Source: Candidatus Binatia bacterium (GTDB taxonomy: Bacteria > Desulfobacterota > Binatia > HRBIN30). Taken from it: a DNA stretch of 64,000 bases. A program made the position numbers and the translations under genes. The number at the start of each line of letters is the position of its first letter. Position 1 is the first letter of the stretch. The notes beneath the pieces were generated by a model. It did no database searches, was not told the origin of the DNA, and worked only from the letters and a program-made list of their open reading frames with translations. Location of the stretch: assembly GCA_038245295.1 (NCBI GenBank), contig JBBRSP010000009.1:160001-224000 (forward strand), given 5' to 3'. This document shows positions 9,172-20,088 of the stretch, piece by piece.

Positions 9172-11454
9172 CTACGCGTAACGCGCCGCATTCAACGCCG
9201 ACCCTGAGCGGAACCAATCGAGCTGCGACCGGCTATAGGTATGGCGCAGAGCCAGCCGTTCCGTCGTCCCATCCTGATGTCGGATCAGGCACTCGACATC
9301 CTTGCCCGGCGAAAGCGCGGCGAGATCGACCAGACTGAGACGGTCGGTCTCGCAGATGCGCCCGTAGTCAGCCGGATCGATAAACGTCAGCGCCAGCAAA
9401 CCCTGCTTCTTCAGATTCGACTCGTGAATCCGCGCAAAGCCGCGCGCGATGACCGCGGCACCACCGAGAAGACGCGGGCTCAGGGCGGCATGCTCCCGGC
9501 TGCTGCCTTCACCGTAGTTCTTGTCGCCGATGATCACCCACTTCAGCCCGGCAGCCTTGTAGTGTCGCGCCACACGCGAGATCGATTCGCCCGTTTGACC
9601 AGTGACGACGTTGATGCCCTTGCCCACTTCGGTGGTGAACGCGTTCACCGCACCAAGCAGGAGGTTGTCGCTGAACTTGTCGAGATGGCCGCGATAACGC
9701 AGCCATGGACCGGCCGGTGAGATCTGGTCCGTCGTCGTCTTGCCGCGCGTCTTGATGAGCACCGGCATATCGATGAAGTCTTTCCCATCCCATGCCGGCC
9801 ACGGCTCCATCAGCTGGATACGTTCACTGTGCGGATCCACGGCGAGGCGGACACTTTGCCCATCCGCCGGCGGAGCAATGTAGGCAGAGCGGCCGCGCTC
9901 GAACCCCTTGGCGGGAACCTCCGGTGCCGGCCGCGGCGCCTCCAGTCGGAACGATTCGCCGTCGGCGCCGGTGAGTGCGTCGGTCAGCGGATTGAAGCTC
10001 AAGCGGCCGGCCACGGCGAAGGCGGTGACGATCTCCGGACTAGCGATGAAGTTCATCGTCGTCGGTTTGCCGTCATTACGCCCCGGGAAGTTGCGATTAT
10101 ACGATGTGACGATTGCATTGGTCTCGGCGACCTCCTGGCTGCGCCGCCACTGGCCGATACAGGGGCCGCAGGCATTGGCGAGAACCAGACCGTTGATGTC
10201 CTGCAGCGATTGCATCTGGCCATCGCGCTCGATCGTCGCGCGCACCTGCTCGCTCCCGGGTGTGACAAAGAAGGGAGCCGCGGTCTTGAGCCCGTGGGCT
10301 TTCGCCTGCTCCGCAACATCGGCGGAACGGCTCATGTCTTCGTAGGAAGAGTTGGTGCAACTGCCGATGAGGGCAGCGGACACGCGCTCCGGGAAATGGT
10401 TCGCCGCAACCTCGGCGGCAAAACGCGAGATTGGACGAGCGCGATCCGGTGAATGTGGCCCGACAACGTACGGCTCGAGCTTCGCGAGATCGAGATACAC
10501 AACACGGTCATAGTGTCGCTCCGGATCGGCTTCGACCTCGGCGTCGGGTTCGAGAAGATGCTGGTGACGCCTTACGTGTTCGACCAATGCGCCACGCCCG
10601 GTTGCTTCAAGGTATTTGAACATCCGTTCGTCAGCGGCGAACAACGAGGTCGTAGCGCCAAGCTCGGCTCCCATGTTGGTGATCGTTGCTTTGCCGGTAG
10701 CGCTGATCGTGCGCGCGCCGGGGCCGATGTACTCGACGATGGCGTTCGTTCCGCCCGCTACCGTCAGCTGCTCCGCGACATACAAGATGACGTCCTTGGG
10801 CGCCGTCCAGCCGCTCATCGCACCGGTCAAGTAAACCGCGATGTGCCGTGGGTAGAGCAACTCCCATGGCAGTCCGGAGATCACTTCAACCGCGTCAGCA
10901 CCACCGACGCCGACGGCGCATGCCCCCAGGCCACCCGCGTTTGGCGTGTGTGAATCGGTGCCGATGATCATTGCTCCGGGAAAGGCGTAGTTCTCCAGGA
11001 CCACCTGATGAATGATGCCGGCACCGGGAGCCCAGAAACCGGCGCCGAAACGCGCCGCGGCCGAGCGTAGGAAGTCGTAGACCTCGCTATTTTCCGCCAA
11101 CGAGGCGTTGAGATCGTCGCCAGCTCCAGTGCGTGCCTGGATTAAGTGATCGCAGTGGATGGTAGTCGGGACGGCGACGCTGTCGCGCCGCGTCTGCATG
11201 AATTGCAACATGCCGGTCTGCCCGAGAACGTCCTGGAACACGACGCGGTCCGGCCGCAGCGAAAGATAACTGTCGCCGGGAATCATCTCCTGTGTTGCGG
11301 GATCGTCGAGATGCCCGAGGAGGAGTTTGTCGGATAGCGTCAGCGGCCGCTTCAGGCGGCGCCGGACGACGTCGAGATTGTGCGCCATGGTCTCGTAGAC
11401 GTTGGCGACCATCTCCGGGGTGGATGCGATTGTGACCATTGCTCTGTCCTCCAT
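9172..11454 (-). CDS. Aconitate hydratase (mitochondrial-type)
   Basis: HCDHLIQA, GTDSHTPNAGG, IGSCTNSSYED, ANACGPCIGQW and NYGEGSSREHAA. Confidence 0.95.
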   Translation of the reverse strand: MEDRAMVTIASTPEMVANVYETMAHNLDVVRRRLKRPLTLSDKLLLGHLDDPATQEMIPGDSYLSLRPDRVVFQDVLGQTGMLQFMQTRRDSVAVPTTIHCDHLIQARTGAGDDLNASLAENSEVYDFLRSAAARFGAGFWAPGAGIIHQVVLENYAFPGAMIIGTDSHTPNAGGLGACAVGVGGADAVEVISGLPWELLYPRHIAVYLTGAMSGWTAPKDVILYVAEQLTVAGGTNAIVEYIGPGARTISATGKATITNMGAELGATTSLFAADERMFKYLEATGRGALVEHVRRHQHLLEPDAEVEADPERHYDRVVYLDLAKLEPYVVGPHSPDRARPISRFAAEVAANHFPERVSAALIGSCTNSSYEDMSRSADVAEQAKAHGLKTAAPFFVTPGSEQVRATIERDGQMQSLQDINGLVLANACGPCIGQWRRSQEVAETNAIVTSYNRNFPGRNDGKPTTMNFIASPEIVTAFAVAGRLSFNPLTDALTGADGESFRLEAPRPAPEVPAKGFERGRSAYIAPPADGQSVRLAVDPHSERIQLMEPWPAWDGKDFIDMPVLIKTRGKTTTDQISPAGPWLRYRGHLDKFSDNLLLGAVNAFTTEVGKGINVVTGQTGESISRVARHYKAAGLKWVIIGDKNYGEGSSREHAALSPRLLGGAAVIARGFARIHESNLKKQGLLALTFIDPADYGRICETDRLSLVDLAALSPGKDVECLIRHQDGTTERLALRHTYSRSQLDWFRSGSALNAARYA

Positions 11455-11511
11455 GCCTTGGAGTTTGCAAAAGTTCGGTAGCTACGTAAAATGCATTTAT
11501 TATGCTGATTG

Positions 11512-11526
11512 ATGCGTTTTCCGCAT
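11512..11526. promoter_or_regulatory. Putative LysR box (T-N11-A dyad) in the divergent aconitase/LysR promoter
   Basis: ATGCG-TTTTC-CGCAT overlaps the LysR start codon. Confidence 0.55.
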
Positions 11527-12436
11527 GAAACTAGACACACTCGGCGTCGAGGCTTTCATCGCGATTGCCAACCAGGGCAGCTTTCAGAAGGCGGCTGATG
11601 ATCTGTTCATCACGCAGACGGCATTGTCGCGGCGTTTACAGAACCTCGAGGGCCTGCTCGGCGTAAAGCTAATCGAGCGCACGACGCGTTCGGTGGCGCT
11701 GACCAACATCGGCCGCGCCTTTCTGCCGCAGGCACAGCGATTACTCACCGATCTCACCAGTGCACTCGTGGAGATTCACGAGACCGGCAAGGCGCAGCGT
11801 GGCGACGTGTCGATCGCCTGCGTGCCGACGGTGGGCGTTCACTACCTGCCGCGCATCATCCAGGAATATTCGGCGAAGTATCCGAACAACCGGATCAAGA
11901 TCTACGACCACGCGTCTTCCGGGGTGGCCGAGGCGGTGCTGCGACGCGAAGCGGAGTTCGGCATCAACATCGCCGGCACGCACCACAGCGAGCTCGTTAC
12001 GAAGCCGTTGCTGCGTGATCGCTTCGTCCTGATCTGCCGCGACGATCACGCGCTGGCCAAGCGAAAGCGGCTCTCCTGGAAACAGCTCGAGCCTCATGTG
12101 CTGATCTTTGCCGGTCAGGCGAGCGGCAATCGGCCGTTGCTCGACTTTGGGTTGGCGGACGACGCCCCGAAGCTGCAAGCTCACTATGAAGTGCAGCGTA
12201 GCTCAACAGCCGTTGGTCTCGTTGCGGAAGGTGTCGGGGCCGCCGTAGTCCCGAGCCTGGCGATGCAGAAAGGGGCTCATCCGACCATCCGGGTCATCCC
12301 CTTGATCGATCCGGTCATTTCGAGAAGCCTCGTGCTCGTTTCACGCAAAGCCGCCCAGCTCTCGCCGGCGGCGCAGGCGCTGTACGACCTGATCGGGCGC
12401 AGGGCCAGTGCCCCCTCTCCCGGCTTTGCACACTAA
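11525..12436 (+). CDS. LysR family transcriptional regulator
   Basis: HTH GSFQKAADDLFITQTALSRRLQNLE...LIERTTRSV plus a substrate-binding domain; divergent from aconitase. Confidence 0.95.
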   Translation: MKLDTLGVEAFIAIANQGSFQKAADDLFITQTALSRRLQNLEGLLGVKLIERTTRSVALTNIGRAFLPQAQRLLTDLTSALVEIHETGKAQRGDVSIACVPTVGVHYLPRIIQEYSAKYPNNRIKIYDHASSGVAEAVLRREAEFGINIAGTHHSELVTKPLLRDRFVLICRDDHALAKRKRLSWKQLEPHVLIFAGQASGNRPLLDFGLADDAPKLQAHYEVQRSSTAVGLVAEGVGAAVVPSLAMQKGAHPTIRVIPLIDPVISRSLVLVSRKAAQLSPAAQALYDLIGRRASAPSPGFAH

Positions 12437-12451
12437 TTCGCATTGGAGCAC

Positions 12452-12531
12452 TCCGCAGGCTGAAGCCTGCGCCTACCGCGCTGAATTCGAAGCGGAACGG
12501 GGAGGGGTAGGCGCAGGCTTCAGCCTGCGGA
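12452..12531. repeat. GTAG-family REP doublet (REPIN), copy 1
   Basis: TCCGCAGGCTGAAGCCTGCGCCTACC and its perfect reverse complement at 12506-12531. Confidence 0.85.
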
Positions 12532-12671
12532 CAGCCGAGCACAGCCGGACCGTTGGTTTCATGTGCAAAGCAGGGTGAGAGCCCGCATCGGTGCTGAGTC
12601 TCGCCGATCCGACGTCGCCCCGTCTTGTTTGAGATGCCTATCAGCGTACGATAATAGAAGAAGTCCACAGT

Positions 12672-14168
12672 ATGCCCTTGGCCCCAACAACAGACGCAAA
12701 ACCACCGCGCATTCTCCTGACCGGCGCTACCGGCTACGTCGGCGGACGTCTGCTGCCTCAACTGCGCAAGCTCGGCTACCCGGTTCGTTGTCTGGCACGC
12801 CACCCGGAGTTTCTGCGCAGTCGCACTCATGCGGATGTCGAGATTGTCGCCGGCGATTGCCTTGATCGCGACTCCTTGAGCGCGGCGCTGCAGGGTATCA
12901 ACGTCGCGTACTATCTCGTCCACTCGATGGGCTCGAGCGGCGACTTCTCCGAACAAGATCGGCGGGCGGCGGACAACTTCGGCGCCGTCGCGGCAGCCGC
13001 CGGGGTGCGACGCATCATCTTCCTCGGTGGCCTGGCGGCGATGGACGAACAGTTGTCGCCGCATCTGCGCAGCCGCCTCGAGACCGGCGATGTGTTGCGC
13101 CGCAGCGGCGTGCCGGTGATCGAGCTACGCGCGTCGATCATTCTCGGTTCGGGCAGCCTATCCTTTGAATTGATTCGCTCGTTGGTCGAACGGTTACCCA
13201 TCATGATCTGTCCGCGCTGGGTGCGTACGCCGGCGCAGCCGATCGCCATCGAGGACGTGATTGCCTATCTGCTCGCGGCGCTGCGTCTCGACGGAACGGA
13301 CAACCGCATCTTCGAGATCGGTGGCAGCGACCAGGTCTCCTACGCCGACATCATGGCCGAGTATGCTCGTCAACGCGGTCTGCACCGTGTGATGATTCCG
13401 GTGCCGCTTCTGACGCCGCGCCTGTCGTCGTTATGGCTTGGGCTGACGACGTCGCTGTATGCGCGCGTCGGTCGCAAGCTCATCGAAAGCGTCCAGAATC
13501 AGTCGGTCGTGCACGACACCTCGGCCCTGCAGGCGTTCTCCATTCGCCCGCTTGGGCTGCGCCAGGCAATCGAGCGCGCCATCCGCAATGAAGACAACGA
13601 GTTTGCGGCGACCCGTTGGTCAGATGCCATTTCGTCGGCCGGTGCCCTGCCGACCTGGGGCGGCATGCAGTTCGGCACGCGTCTGGTGGATTCCCGCACG
13701 GCTCATGTTGCCGCGCCGCCGGCTCAGGCGTTTGCACCGATCCGTCGCATCGGTGGCAATGCCGGCTGGTATTATGCCACGTGGCTATGGCGCTTGCGTG
13801 GCTTCATCGACTTGTTGTGCGGTGGGGCGGGCATGCGACGCGGTCGGCGTGATCCAGAGAGCGTCGTAGTCGGCGACACACTCGACTTCTGGCGCGTCGA
13901 GGCCTTCGAGCCGGAGCGCCGCTTGCGGCTCGCGGCCCAGATGAAAGTTCCAGGCCGTGCCTGGCTCGAATTTGAAGTTTTGGCCGAGGCCGGTGGTTCG
14001 ACGATTCGCCAGACCGCCGTGTTCGATCCGGCAGGGTTGCTCGGGCTGCTCTATTGGTATGGCGTCTATCCGCTGCATGCCCTCGTGTTCCGCGGCATGT
14101 TGCGCGGAATTGCGGCGCAAGTCGGGGCGCAGCCCGTTTGCGCCACTGACGCACCATCCGCACGATGA
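12672..14168 (+). CDS. YbjT-like NAD(P)-binding SDR protein with C-terminal DUF2867
   Basis: TGATGYVG, YYLVHSM and the C-terminal DFWRVE...MKVPGRAWLEF...QTAVFDPAG. Confidence 0.9.
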   Translation: MPLAPTTDAKPPRILLTGATGYVGGRLLPQLRKLGYPVRCLARHPEFLRSRTHADVEIVAGDCLDRDSLSAALQGINVAYYLVHSMGSSGDFSEQDRRAADNFGAVAAAAGVRRIIFLGGLAAMDEQLSPHLRSRLETGDVLRRSGVPVIELRASIILGSGSLSFELIRSLVERLPIMICPRWVRTPAQPIAIEDVIAYLLAALRLDGTDNRIFEIGGSDQVSYADIMAEYARQRGLHRVMIPVPLLTPRLSSLWLGLTTSLYARVGRKLIESVQNQSVVHDTSALQAFSIRPLGLRQAIERAIRNEDNEFAATRWSDAISSAGALPTWGGMQFGTRLVDSRTAHVAAPPAQAFAPIRRIGGNAGWYYATWLWRLRGFIDLLCGGAGMRRGRRDPESVVVGDTLDFWRVEAFEPERRLRLAAQMKVPGRAWLEFEVLAEAGGSTIRQTAVFDPAGLLGLLYWYGVYPLHALVFRGMLRGIAAQVGAQPVCATDAPSAR

Positions 14169-14241
14169 TGCATTTTTTTGGGGGGGCAACGGCCACATGT
14201 CACCCAGAGGATGACATGTGGCGATCTCATTGGAAGTGGTT

Positions 14242-15099
14242 CTAGTTGCTGTTGCTTCCTGCCAGAGCGCGACGCCCGATGAACAGAAGCATGAAGGCAA
14301 CGGCAACGATCCCGGGCCACGACATTGCCGGTGCGGCCGACGGGGCCAGGCTCACACACGTGCCAACGCTACCCGCGGCATCACAGACTTGGTTGGGACC
14401 GGTGCAAGCGGTGTCGCAGCAAACTCCGTCGGCACAGAATGTCGATGAGCATTGCGTACCGGACATGCACGGGTCGCCATTGTTCTGGGTCAGATCGTAG
14501 TCAATGGTAATCACCATGGAGTCGACGAAGGCACCCGGGTTGTTCGTGTCGCCGTTGGTGATCGTGACCGATTGAGCGACGCCGAAACCGGCGTTGTTGA
14601 TGTCCGCAGCCGTCCAGGTCGTGCTCCACAGGTCCGACGAGCTGCCATATGTTCCCGTAAATGTGGAGCCGCTCCACGTCGTAGCGCTTGCCTTGTTGTC
14701 GGTTTGCAGCACCGTGGCCTTCAGGAGTTTCACATCCACGTCGACTTTATTGGAGTCGGCTCCGAGTTTCGTGATGGCAACGGTAATGCCGTTGATGACC
14801 GCATTGGCGGGAATGGAAAATCCGTAGTTGGTGCACTGCAGCCGGGTGGACGTTTGCCCAGGCGCCAGATCGACCGCTGCAAAGGCGGAATCGGCTGTAC
14901 CCTGGGCACTGGTGGTGCTGCCCCAGATCATGATCATGCCGCCCGCGGCGGCATCGTTCGCGCAGGCGCCGCCGCCAAGCGTTTGAGTGAGCGCGTTTGC
15001 CGTCCCCGTGGTGCTTGCCGCAAGGACGCTCCCAACCGCAACAACCACGGCAGCGCGGCAAACTGTCGCCGCGACTCCACGCAACCAAAGTCGATTCAT
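14242..15099 (-). CDS. Secreted surface protein with Cys-rich motif and IPTL-CTERM-like anchor
   Basis: Signal peptide ending ANA, the motif C..GTQCSSTFCADGVCCDTAC, and C-terminal APAMSWPG-TM-RR. Confidence 0.8.
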   Translation of the reverse strand: MNRLWLRGVAATVCRAAVVVAVGSVLAASTTGTANALTQTLGGGACANDAAAGGMIMIWGSTTSAQGTADSAFAAVDLAPGQTSTRLQCTNYGFSIPANAVINGITVAITKLGADSNKVDVDVKLLKATVLQTDNKASATTWSGSTFTGTYGSSSDLWSTTWTAADINNAGFGVAQSVTITNGDTNNPGAFVDSMVITIDYDLTQNNGDPCMSGTQCSSTFCADGVCCDTACTGPNQVCDAAGSVGTCVSLAPSAAPAMSWPGIVAVAFMLLFIGRRALAGSNSN

Positions 15100-15403
15100 T
15101 TCCCTTACCTCCCCATCGACGCGACCGACACGTCGACGCTGTTAAGCCGCCCCTGTAACAGCTAGGGGTCGAAGTCCGATCGGTTAGTCCCTTTTCTGGG
15201 TCGAGTCAAACGGATCTTTGGGTTGAACCGCTTACTGATTCTCATTTTTGGTGAGGCGATCGCGTGCTTCCGATCTATCATTCGATGTAGTACGGAGGGG
15301 AGTAGGCGAGGATGGGGACGGTACACGGACATGGGGCAGTCTCTCGAAGCCCCCGGCGGACCGCCGACCACGCTGAGCCAACCGGCCGCTAGGAATCGAA
15401 CCG

Positions 15404-16456
15404 ATGAGCTTCCTCCGAATGATCCTCCACGGGACGGCCGCACCAGACCGGATTCTCATTCTTGGTACGGGCCCCGAGGCCCACACCTTGGCCGAGGTGA
15501 TCCGCGGTCAACCTGGAGATTACGTATTCCTCGGCCTTGTCGATCCTGGCGGCAACAGTACCGCGTCCGATAGAGTTTTGGGTGTACCCGATCCTCGCCT
15601 GATTGTCGGGACCCTCGAACAGCTGCCAGAAATTATCACTCACCGACAGCCTGACCGGATTATTATCGCGGCGGTCGCGGACGCCGATAACCACATCTCG
15701 GCACCCGACATCATAGCTGCCCAGCTCAACGGCGTGATCATTGAGACAGCCAGTGCGGCGCAACATCACCTGACCGGCCGATTGACCGCCGCAGCGATGA
15801 AGAGCTCGGTCTTCACCAGATCATCGCGCTCCATGAGCGTCAAACGTGTCTTCAGTATCATCGCGGCGACGGCTGGACTTCTGATCTCTGCACCGCTCAT
15901 GATCGTCATCGCTCTTCTCATCAAGCTCGACTCGCGTGGCCCGGTGTTCTTCGTTCAAGAACGCATCGGCTTGCGCGGCCGTCGCTTCCGCTTGCTCAAG
16001 TTTCGCTCGATGGTTCCCGACGCCCAGCGCACTTCGGCGTGGGCCGGCGACAATGCCGACCGTATCACCGGGGTCGGTAGATGGCTGCGTCACTATCACC
16101 TCGACGAGCTGCCGCAGTTCATCAACATCTTGCGTGGTGACATGGACCTCGTCGGTCCACGCCCTCATCCGCTTTCGAACTACGAACTGTTCGACCGGGA
16201 GATCCCGCACTATTCCTTGCGCTCCGAGATCCGTCCGGGCTTGACGGGATGGGCACAGGTGAGGAATGGCTACGCCGACGACCTCGTCGGTGAGATGGCG
16301 AAGATGCAGTACGACCTCTACTATTTGATGCATCAGTCCTTGGCGTTGGACCTGTGGATCGTTCTTGAAACCTTCAAGATCGTCGGCTTCGGACGCGCCC
16401 CGGTAAACACGCGGCGTCCACAACGACGCACTCTGCGCCCATCCTCTTCCGCATGA
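15404..16456 (+). CDS. Priming sugar transferase (polyprenyl glycosylphosphotransferase)
   Basis: KFRSM, LDELPQFINILRGDMDLVGPRP, RPGLTGWAQV and YDLYY. Confidence 0.93.
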   Translation: MSFLRMILHGTAAPDRILILGTGPEAHTLAEVIRGQPGDYVFLGLVDPGGNSTASDRVLGVPDPRLIVGTLEQLPEIITHRQPDRIIIAAVADADNHISAPDIIAAQLNGVIIETASAAQHHLTGRLTAAAMKSSVFTRSSRSMSVKRVFSIIAATAGLLISAPLMIVIALLIKLDSRGPVFFVQERIGLRGRRFRLLKFRSMVPDAQRTSAWAGDNADRITGVGRWLRHYHLDELPQFINILRGDMDLVGPRPHPLSNYELFDREIPHYSLRSEIRPGLTGWAQVRNGYADDLVGEMAKMQYDLYYLMHQSLALDLWIVLETFKIVGFGRAPVNTRRPQRRTLRPSSSA

Positions 16457-16507
16457 CCGCCGTGTCTGCCCTGCGTTCCTGCAGACCGTGCCGGCACCCC
16501 GCGACGA

Positions 16508-17977
16508 ATGTCACTCGCTGGTGAGACGTTTCACTCGGCGGCGTGGAACCTGTCGACGACCCTCGGTGGTCGCGCGGTTACCGTCATCGGCACCTTGGTA
16601 CTGACACGCTACCTGGCCCCGGAGGCGTATGGCGAAGTCATGGTGGCCTCGACTCTGGTGACCACCGCCCATCAGGTCCTGAATCTCGGCGTCGGACACT
16701 ACATCGTTGCCAAACCGTCGGCGAGCCGCCGGGTCGTATTCCATGCCACGGTATTCTACCTACTCAGCGGCGTCGCGATTGTGGCGTTGCTCCTCGCCTG
16801 CCGCGACCACCTTGGTCTGCTCTTTGATCTCCCCCAGATGGGGCGTTTGATTCCCGGTCTCGCCCTGTCGTTGTGGCTCGAACGTATGGCGTTCATCCCG
16901 GAAAAGATCCTCATCCGCGATATGAGATTTCGCCGTCTCGGGCTGATCCGCAGTTTGGGCGAGCTGACATACACTTTATTTGCCGTAGTACTCGCCGCCG
17001 CCGGTTGGGCCGGGCAGTCCATTGTCGCCGCAAACGTCGCGCGTTCTTTGTGGCGCAGCGCTGCCATCATCGGCAGCGCCGAACGGCGCGCCTGGCTGTC
17101 GCCGTACCAACTGGATCGACGCGTTACCGCAGAGCTCTTCGCCTTCGCCATGCCCATGTGGTTGAGCAACGCCGCCGCCTTCGCGGCTCGTCGTTGGGAC
17201 AACCTGCTTGTCGCGAGGCTATTCGGACCCAGCGCCGCGGGCTTCTACAATCTCGCGTATAGCCTCGCCGAGATCCCGGCAATCCACGTTGGTGAGCAGG
17301 TCGGGGATGTGCTCCTTCCCTCCTTCGCACGCGCCAGCCCCCAACGGCGTCCGGAGGCACTGTTGCGGTCCATCGGCTTGCTCGCCCTCCTGGTCTTCCC
17401 CATGGCGGTCGGTTTAGGAGCCATCGCACCGACCCTGGTCGCCATGATTTTCGACTCGCGTTGGCAGACGATCGCGCCACTCCTCACGGTGCTGTCCGTC
17501 CTCTCCATCGCGAAACCGATCGCCTGGGTGCTGGTGAGCTACCTGCAAGCTCAGAATCGTCCGTGGACGACTCTAGCCCTCGAGCTCTTTCTGGTGGCGA
17601 TGCTCGTGACGTCGATCGCAACCCTGGGGCGTCTCGGCTTGCTCTGGGTGTGTGTCGCCGCCGGGCTTTGCTACGTCGTCTACGCCGCGGCGGCGTTGCT
17701 CATCGTAGCCCGAGTGGATCGCTTTGGTTGGAAGGAGGTCGTAACCCAGATTGGCGGACCACTGGCGGCGTGTGCACCTATGGTCGCCTTGATCCTGGCG
17801 GCGCGCAGCGTCATGAACGCCGCATCGATGCCGAAGGGATTCGCCTTGCCAGTCGAAGTCGTGATTGGCGCAGCCACCTATGCTGGCGCCGCCCTGCTTC
17901 TGACACCTCATCTCGTGCGTGAAGCGAACGCCTTGGTCGTACAAGCGCTGCGGCGTAGGGAGGCCGCGCAACGATGA
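16508..17977 (+). CDS. wzx: Wzx-type polysaccharide flippase
   Basis: Polytopic membrane protein with LTRYLAPEAYG and DNLLVARLFGPSAAGFYNLA. Confidence 0.88.
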   Translation: MSLAGETFHSAAWNLSTTLGGRAVTVIGTLVLTRYLAPEAYGEVMVASTLVTTAHQVLNLGVGHYIVAKPSASRRVVFHATVFYLLSGVAIVALLLACRDHLGLLFDLPQMGRLIPGLALSLWLERMAFIPEKILIRDMRFRRLGLIRSLGELTYTLFAVVLAAAGWAGQSIVAANVARSLWRSAAIIGSAERRAWLSPYQLDRRVTAELFAFAMPMWLSNAAAFAARRWDNLLVARLFGPSAAGFYNLAYSLAEIPAIHVGEQVGDVLLPSFARASPQRRPEALLRSIGLLALLVFPMAVGLGAIAPTLVAMIFDSRWQTIAPLLTVLSVLSIAKPIAWVLVSYLQAQNRPWTTLALELFLVAMLVTSIATLGRLGLLWVCVAAGLCYVVYAAAALLIVARVDRFGWKEVVTQIGGPLAACAPMVALILAARSVMNAASMPKGFALPVEVVIGAATYAGAALLLTPHLVREANALVVQALRRREAAQR

Positions 17978-19056
17978 GTCTCAAAGTGGCCATCGTTGGC
18001 TGCGGCAAGATCGCTGATGCTCATGTCGAAGCGATCCTGACGATGCCAGACATCGGCCGCGTCGTAGCGGCTTGTGATCGCGAAATCCTGCTCGCCGAAC
18101 AGCTGGCGACTCGCTACGGCATCGGCAAGTACTACGACGACCTGGACCAGATGTTGGCGCACGAAAAGCCAGACGTGGTGCACGTCACAACACCGCCACA
18201 GTCGCACTTCGAGATTGCTTGTCGCGCCGTCGACGCGGGCTGTCATCTGTATGTGGAAAAGCCGCTGACGCCGCGGCACCCCGAGGCGGTCGACCTGATC
18301 GATCGCGTCGTCGCGGCCCAGCGCAAGTTGACCATCGGCTACGCGCCGTTCTTCGACCCACCGGCGCTCGAGATGCGTCAGCTGATCCGTGATGGGGTTC
18401 TCGGAACACCAGTCCACGTCGAGAGCTTCTTCGGCTATCCATTGACCGGGCCGTTCGGCAGCGTGATCCTCGGCGACGCCGGCCACTGGGTCCACGGGTT
18501 GCCGGGAAACCTTCTGCAAAACAATATCGACCATCTGCTCAACAAAATCGTCGAGTTTGTCGACGACGCCGCGCCGAAGCTTCAGGTCGCTTTCTATCGG
18601 CGCAACCCAACTCGTTTTTCGGATGCACGCGACAACCTCGTCGACGAGATGCGCCTTTTAGTCGCCGGCGAAAAGGTCTCTGCCTATGGTACGTTCTCCG
18701 CCCACGCGCAGCCGATGAGCCATTTCGGGCGTATCTTCGGGACCAGGAACACCATGACGGTCGACTACATCGGGCGCAGTGTGACGCTCGAGAGCAGCCC
18801 GTCCGGATTCGGCGCCCTCAGTCGTGCGATCTTGCCGTTTGCCCACGCGAGCCAGTACGCACGCGCCGGATTCCGCAACCTGTCGCGCTTTGCACACTCC
18901 GACTATCACTACTTCGCCGGCCTGCGACATCTGATCCGCTTGTTCTACACAAGTATTGTTGACGATGGACCGCTGCCGATCGCCTATCGCGACATCTTGC
19001 GGATCTCGGCCATGACCGCTGAGATCATCGCCCAGTTGCCAGTGAGTCGCTCATGA
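17974..19056 (+). CDS. Gfo/Idh/MocA oxidoreductase
   Basis: VGCGKIA and HLYVEKP. Confidence 0.9.
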   Translation: MSLKVAIVGCGKIADAHVEAILTMPDIGRVVAACDREILLAEQLATRYGIGKYYDDLDQMLAHEKPDVVHVTTPPQSHFEIACRAVDAGCHLYVEKPLTPRHPEAVDLIDRVVAAQRKLTIGYAPFFDPPALEMRQLIRDGVLGTPVHVESFFGYPLTGPFGSVILGDAGHWVHGLPGNLLQNNIDHLLNKIVEFVDDAAPKLQVAFYRRNPTRFSDARDNLVDEMRLLVAGEKVSAYGTFSAHAQPMSHFGRIFGTRNTMTVDYIGRSVTLESSPSGFGALSRAILPFAHASQYARAGFRNLSRFAHSDYHYFAGLRHLIRLFYTSIVDDGPLPIAYRDILRISAMTAEIIAQLPVSRS

Positions 19057-20087
19057 GTGTCCTGGTCACCGGTGCCACCGGCTTCGTCGGCACAACCCTC
19101 GTCCGCAAGCTCCTTGCCGCCGGCGAGCCGACGATTCGCTGCTTCGTCAGGCCGGCCAGCAATGTCGCTACGCTCGACGCCTTGCAGGGGCAATATCCCG
19201 ACCAACGCCTGGAGATCTTCACCGGGAACCTGGCGGTAACCGAGGATGCGCGCCGCGCCGCCGCAGGCGCCACAACGATCTATCATCTGGCCGCCGGTAT
19301 GCGTGGCGCCCCGGCCGAGCTCTTCCTCAATACCGTGGTGACGTCGCGTCACCTGCTCGACGCGGTTGTGCAAACGCGGCCCCAACGTATCGTCCTGGTG
19401 AGCTCGTTCGCTTTATACGGTGTCGCCAATGTTCATCCCGGGCACGTCGTTACGGAATCCACGCCACTCGAGCCACATCCGGAACGCCGCGATCCGTACT
19501 CCCACGCCAAACATCGGCAGGAGAAACTGTTTTGGGAGTACCAACGGGCGCACGATTTACCGCTCGTCGTGTTGCGACCGGGTGTCATCTACGGCCCGGG
19601 CGGGCCGGCACTTTCCAGCCGCATCGGCCTCACTCTTCCAGGCCTCTTTCTGCATCTCGGCGGCAACAATCCGCTGCCATTGTCATTTGTCGACAACTGC
19701 GCCGACGCGATCATCCTGGCCGGCCGCGGCGCCGGACCGGACGGCGAGATCTACAACGTCCATGACGACGATCTGCCAACCTGCGCCGCGTTCCTGCGGC
19801 GCTACCGGCACGAGGTGGAGCGGTTGCGTGTCTTGCACATTCCGTCCTCGCTGCTCAACGGCCTGTCCCGGCTGAGCGAAATGTATAGCGAGTACTCACA
19901 AGGTCAGATGCCGGCGGTGCTGACTCCCTACCGCACGGCAGCCACATGGAAGCCGACGCGCTTCGACAACAGCAAACTCAAGCGACTGGGTTGGCGCCAA
20001 GCCGTGTCGACGGCCGAAGGCATGCAGCGGACCTTCCAGTACTTGCATGCACAACGCCTCGCCGAGCGGGCAGCTAAGGCAGCGTGA
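19053..20087 (+). CDS. NAD-dependent epimerase/dehydratase
   Basis: TGATGFVG, YxxxK (YSHAK) and LRPGVIYGP. Confidence 0.9.
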   Translation: MSVLVTGATGFVGTTLVRKLLAAGEPTIRCFVRPASNVATLDALQGQYPDQRLEIFTGNLAVTEDARRAAAGATTIYHLAAGMRGAPAELFLNTVVTSRHLLDAVVQTRPQRIVLVSSFALYGVANVHPGHVVTESTPLEPHPERRDPYSHAKHRQEKLFWEYQRAHDLPLVVLRPGVIYGPGGPALSSRIGLTLPGLFLHLGGNNPLPLSFVDNCADAIILAGRGAGPDGEIYNVHDDDLPTCAAFLRRYRHEVERLRVLHIPSSLLNGLSRLSEMYSEYSQGQMPAVLTPYRTAATWKPTRFDNSKLKRLGWRQAVSTAEGMQRTFQYLHAQRLAERAAKAA

Positions 20088-20088
20088 G

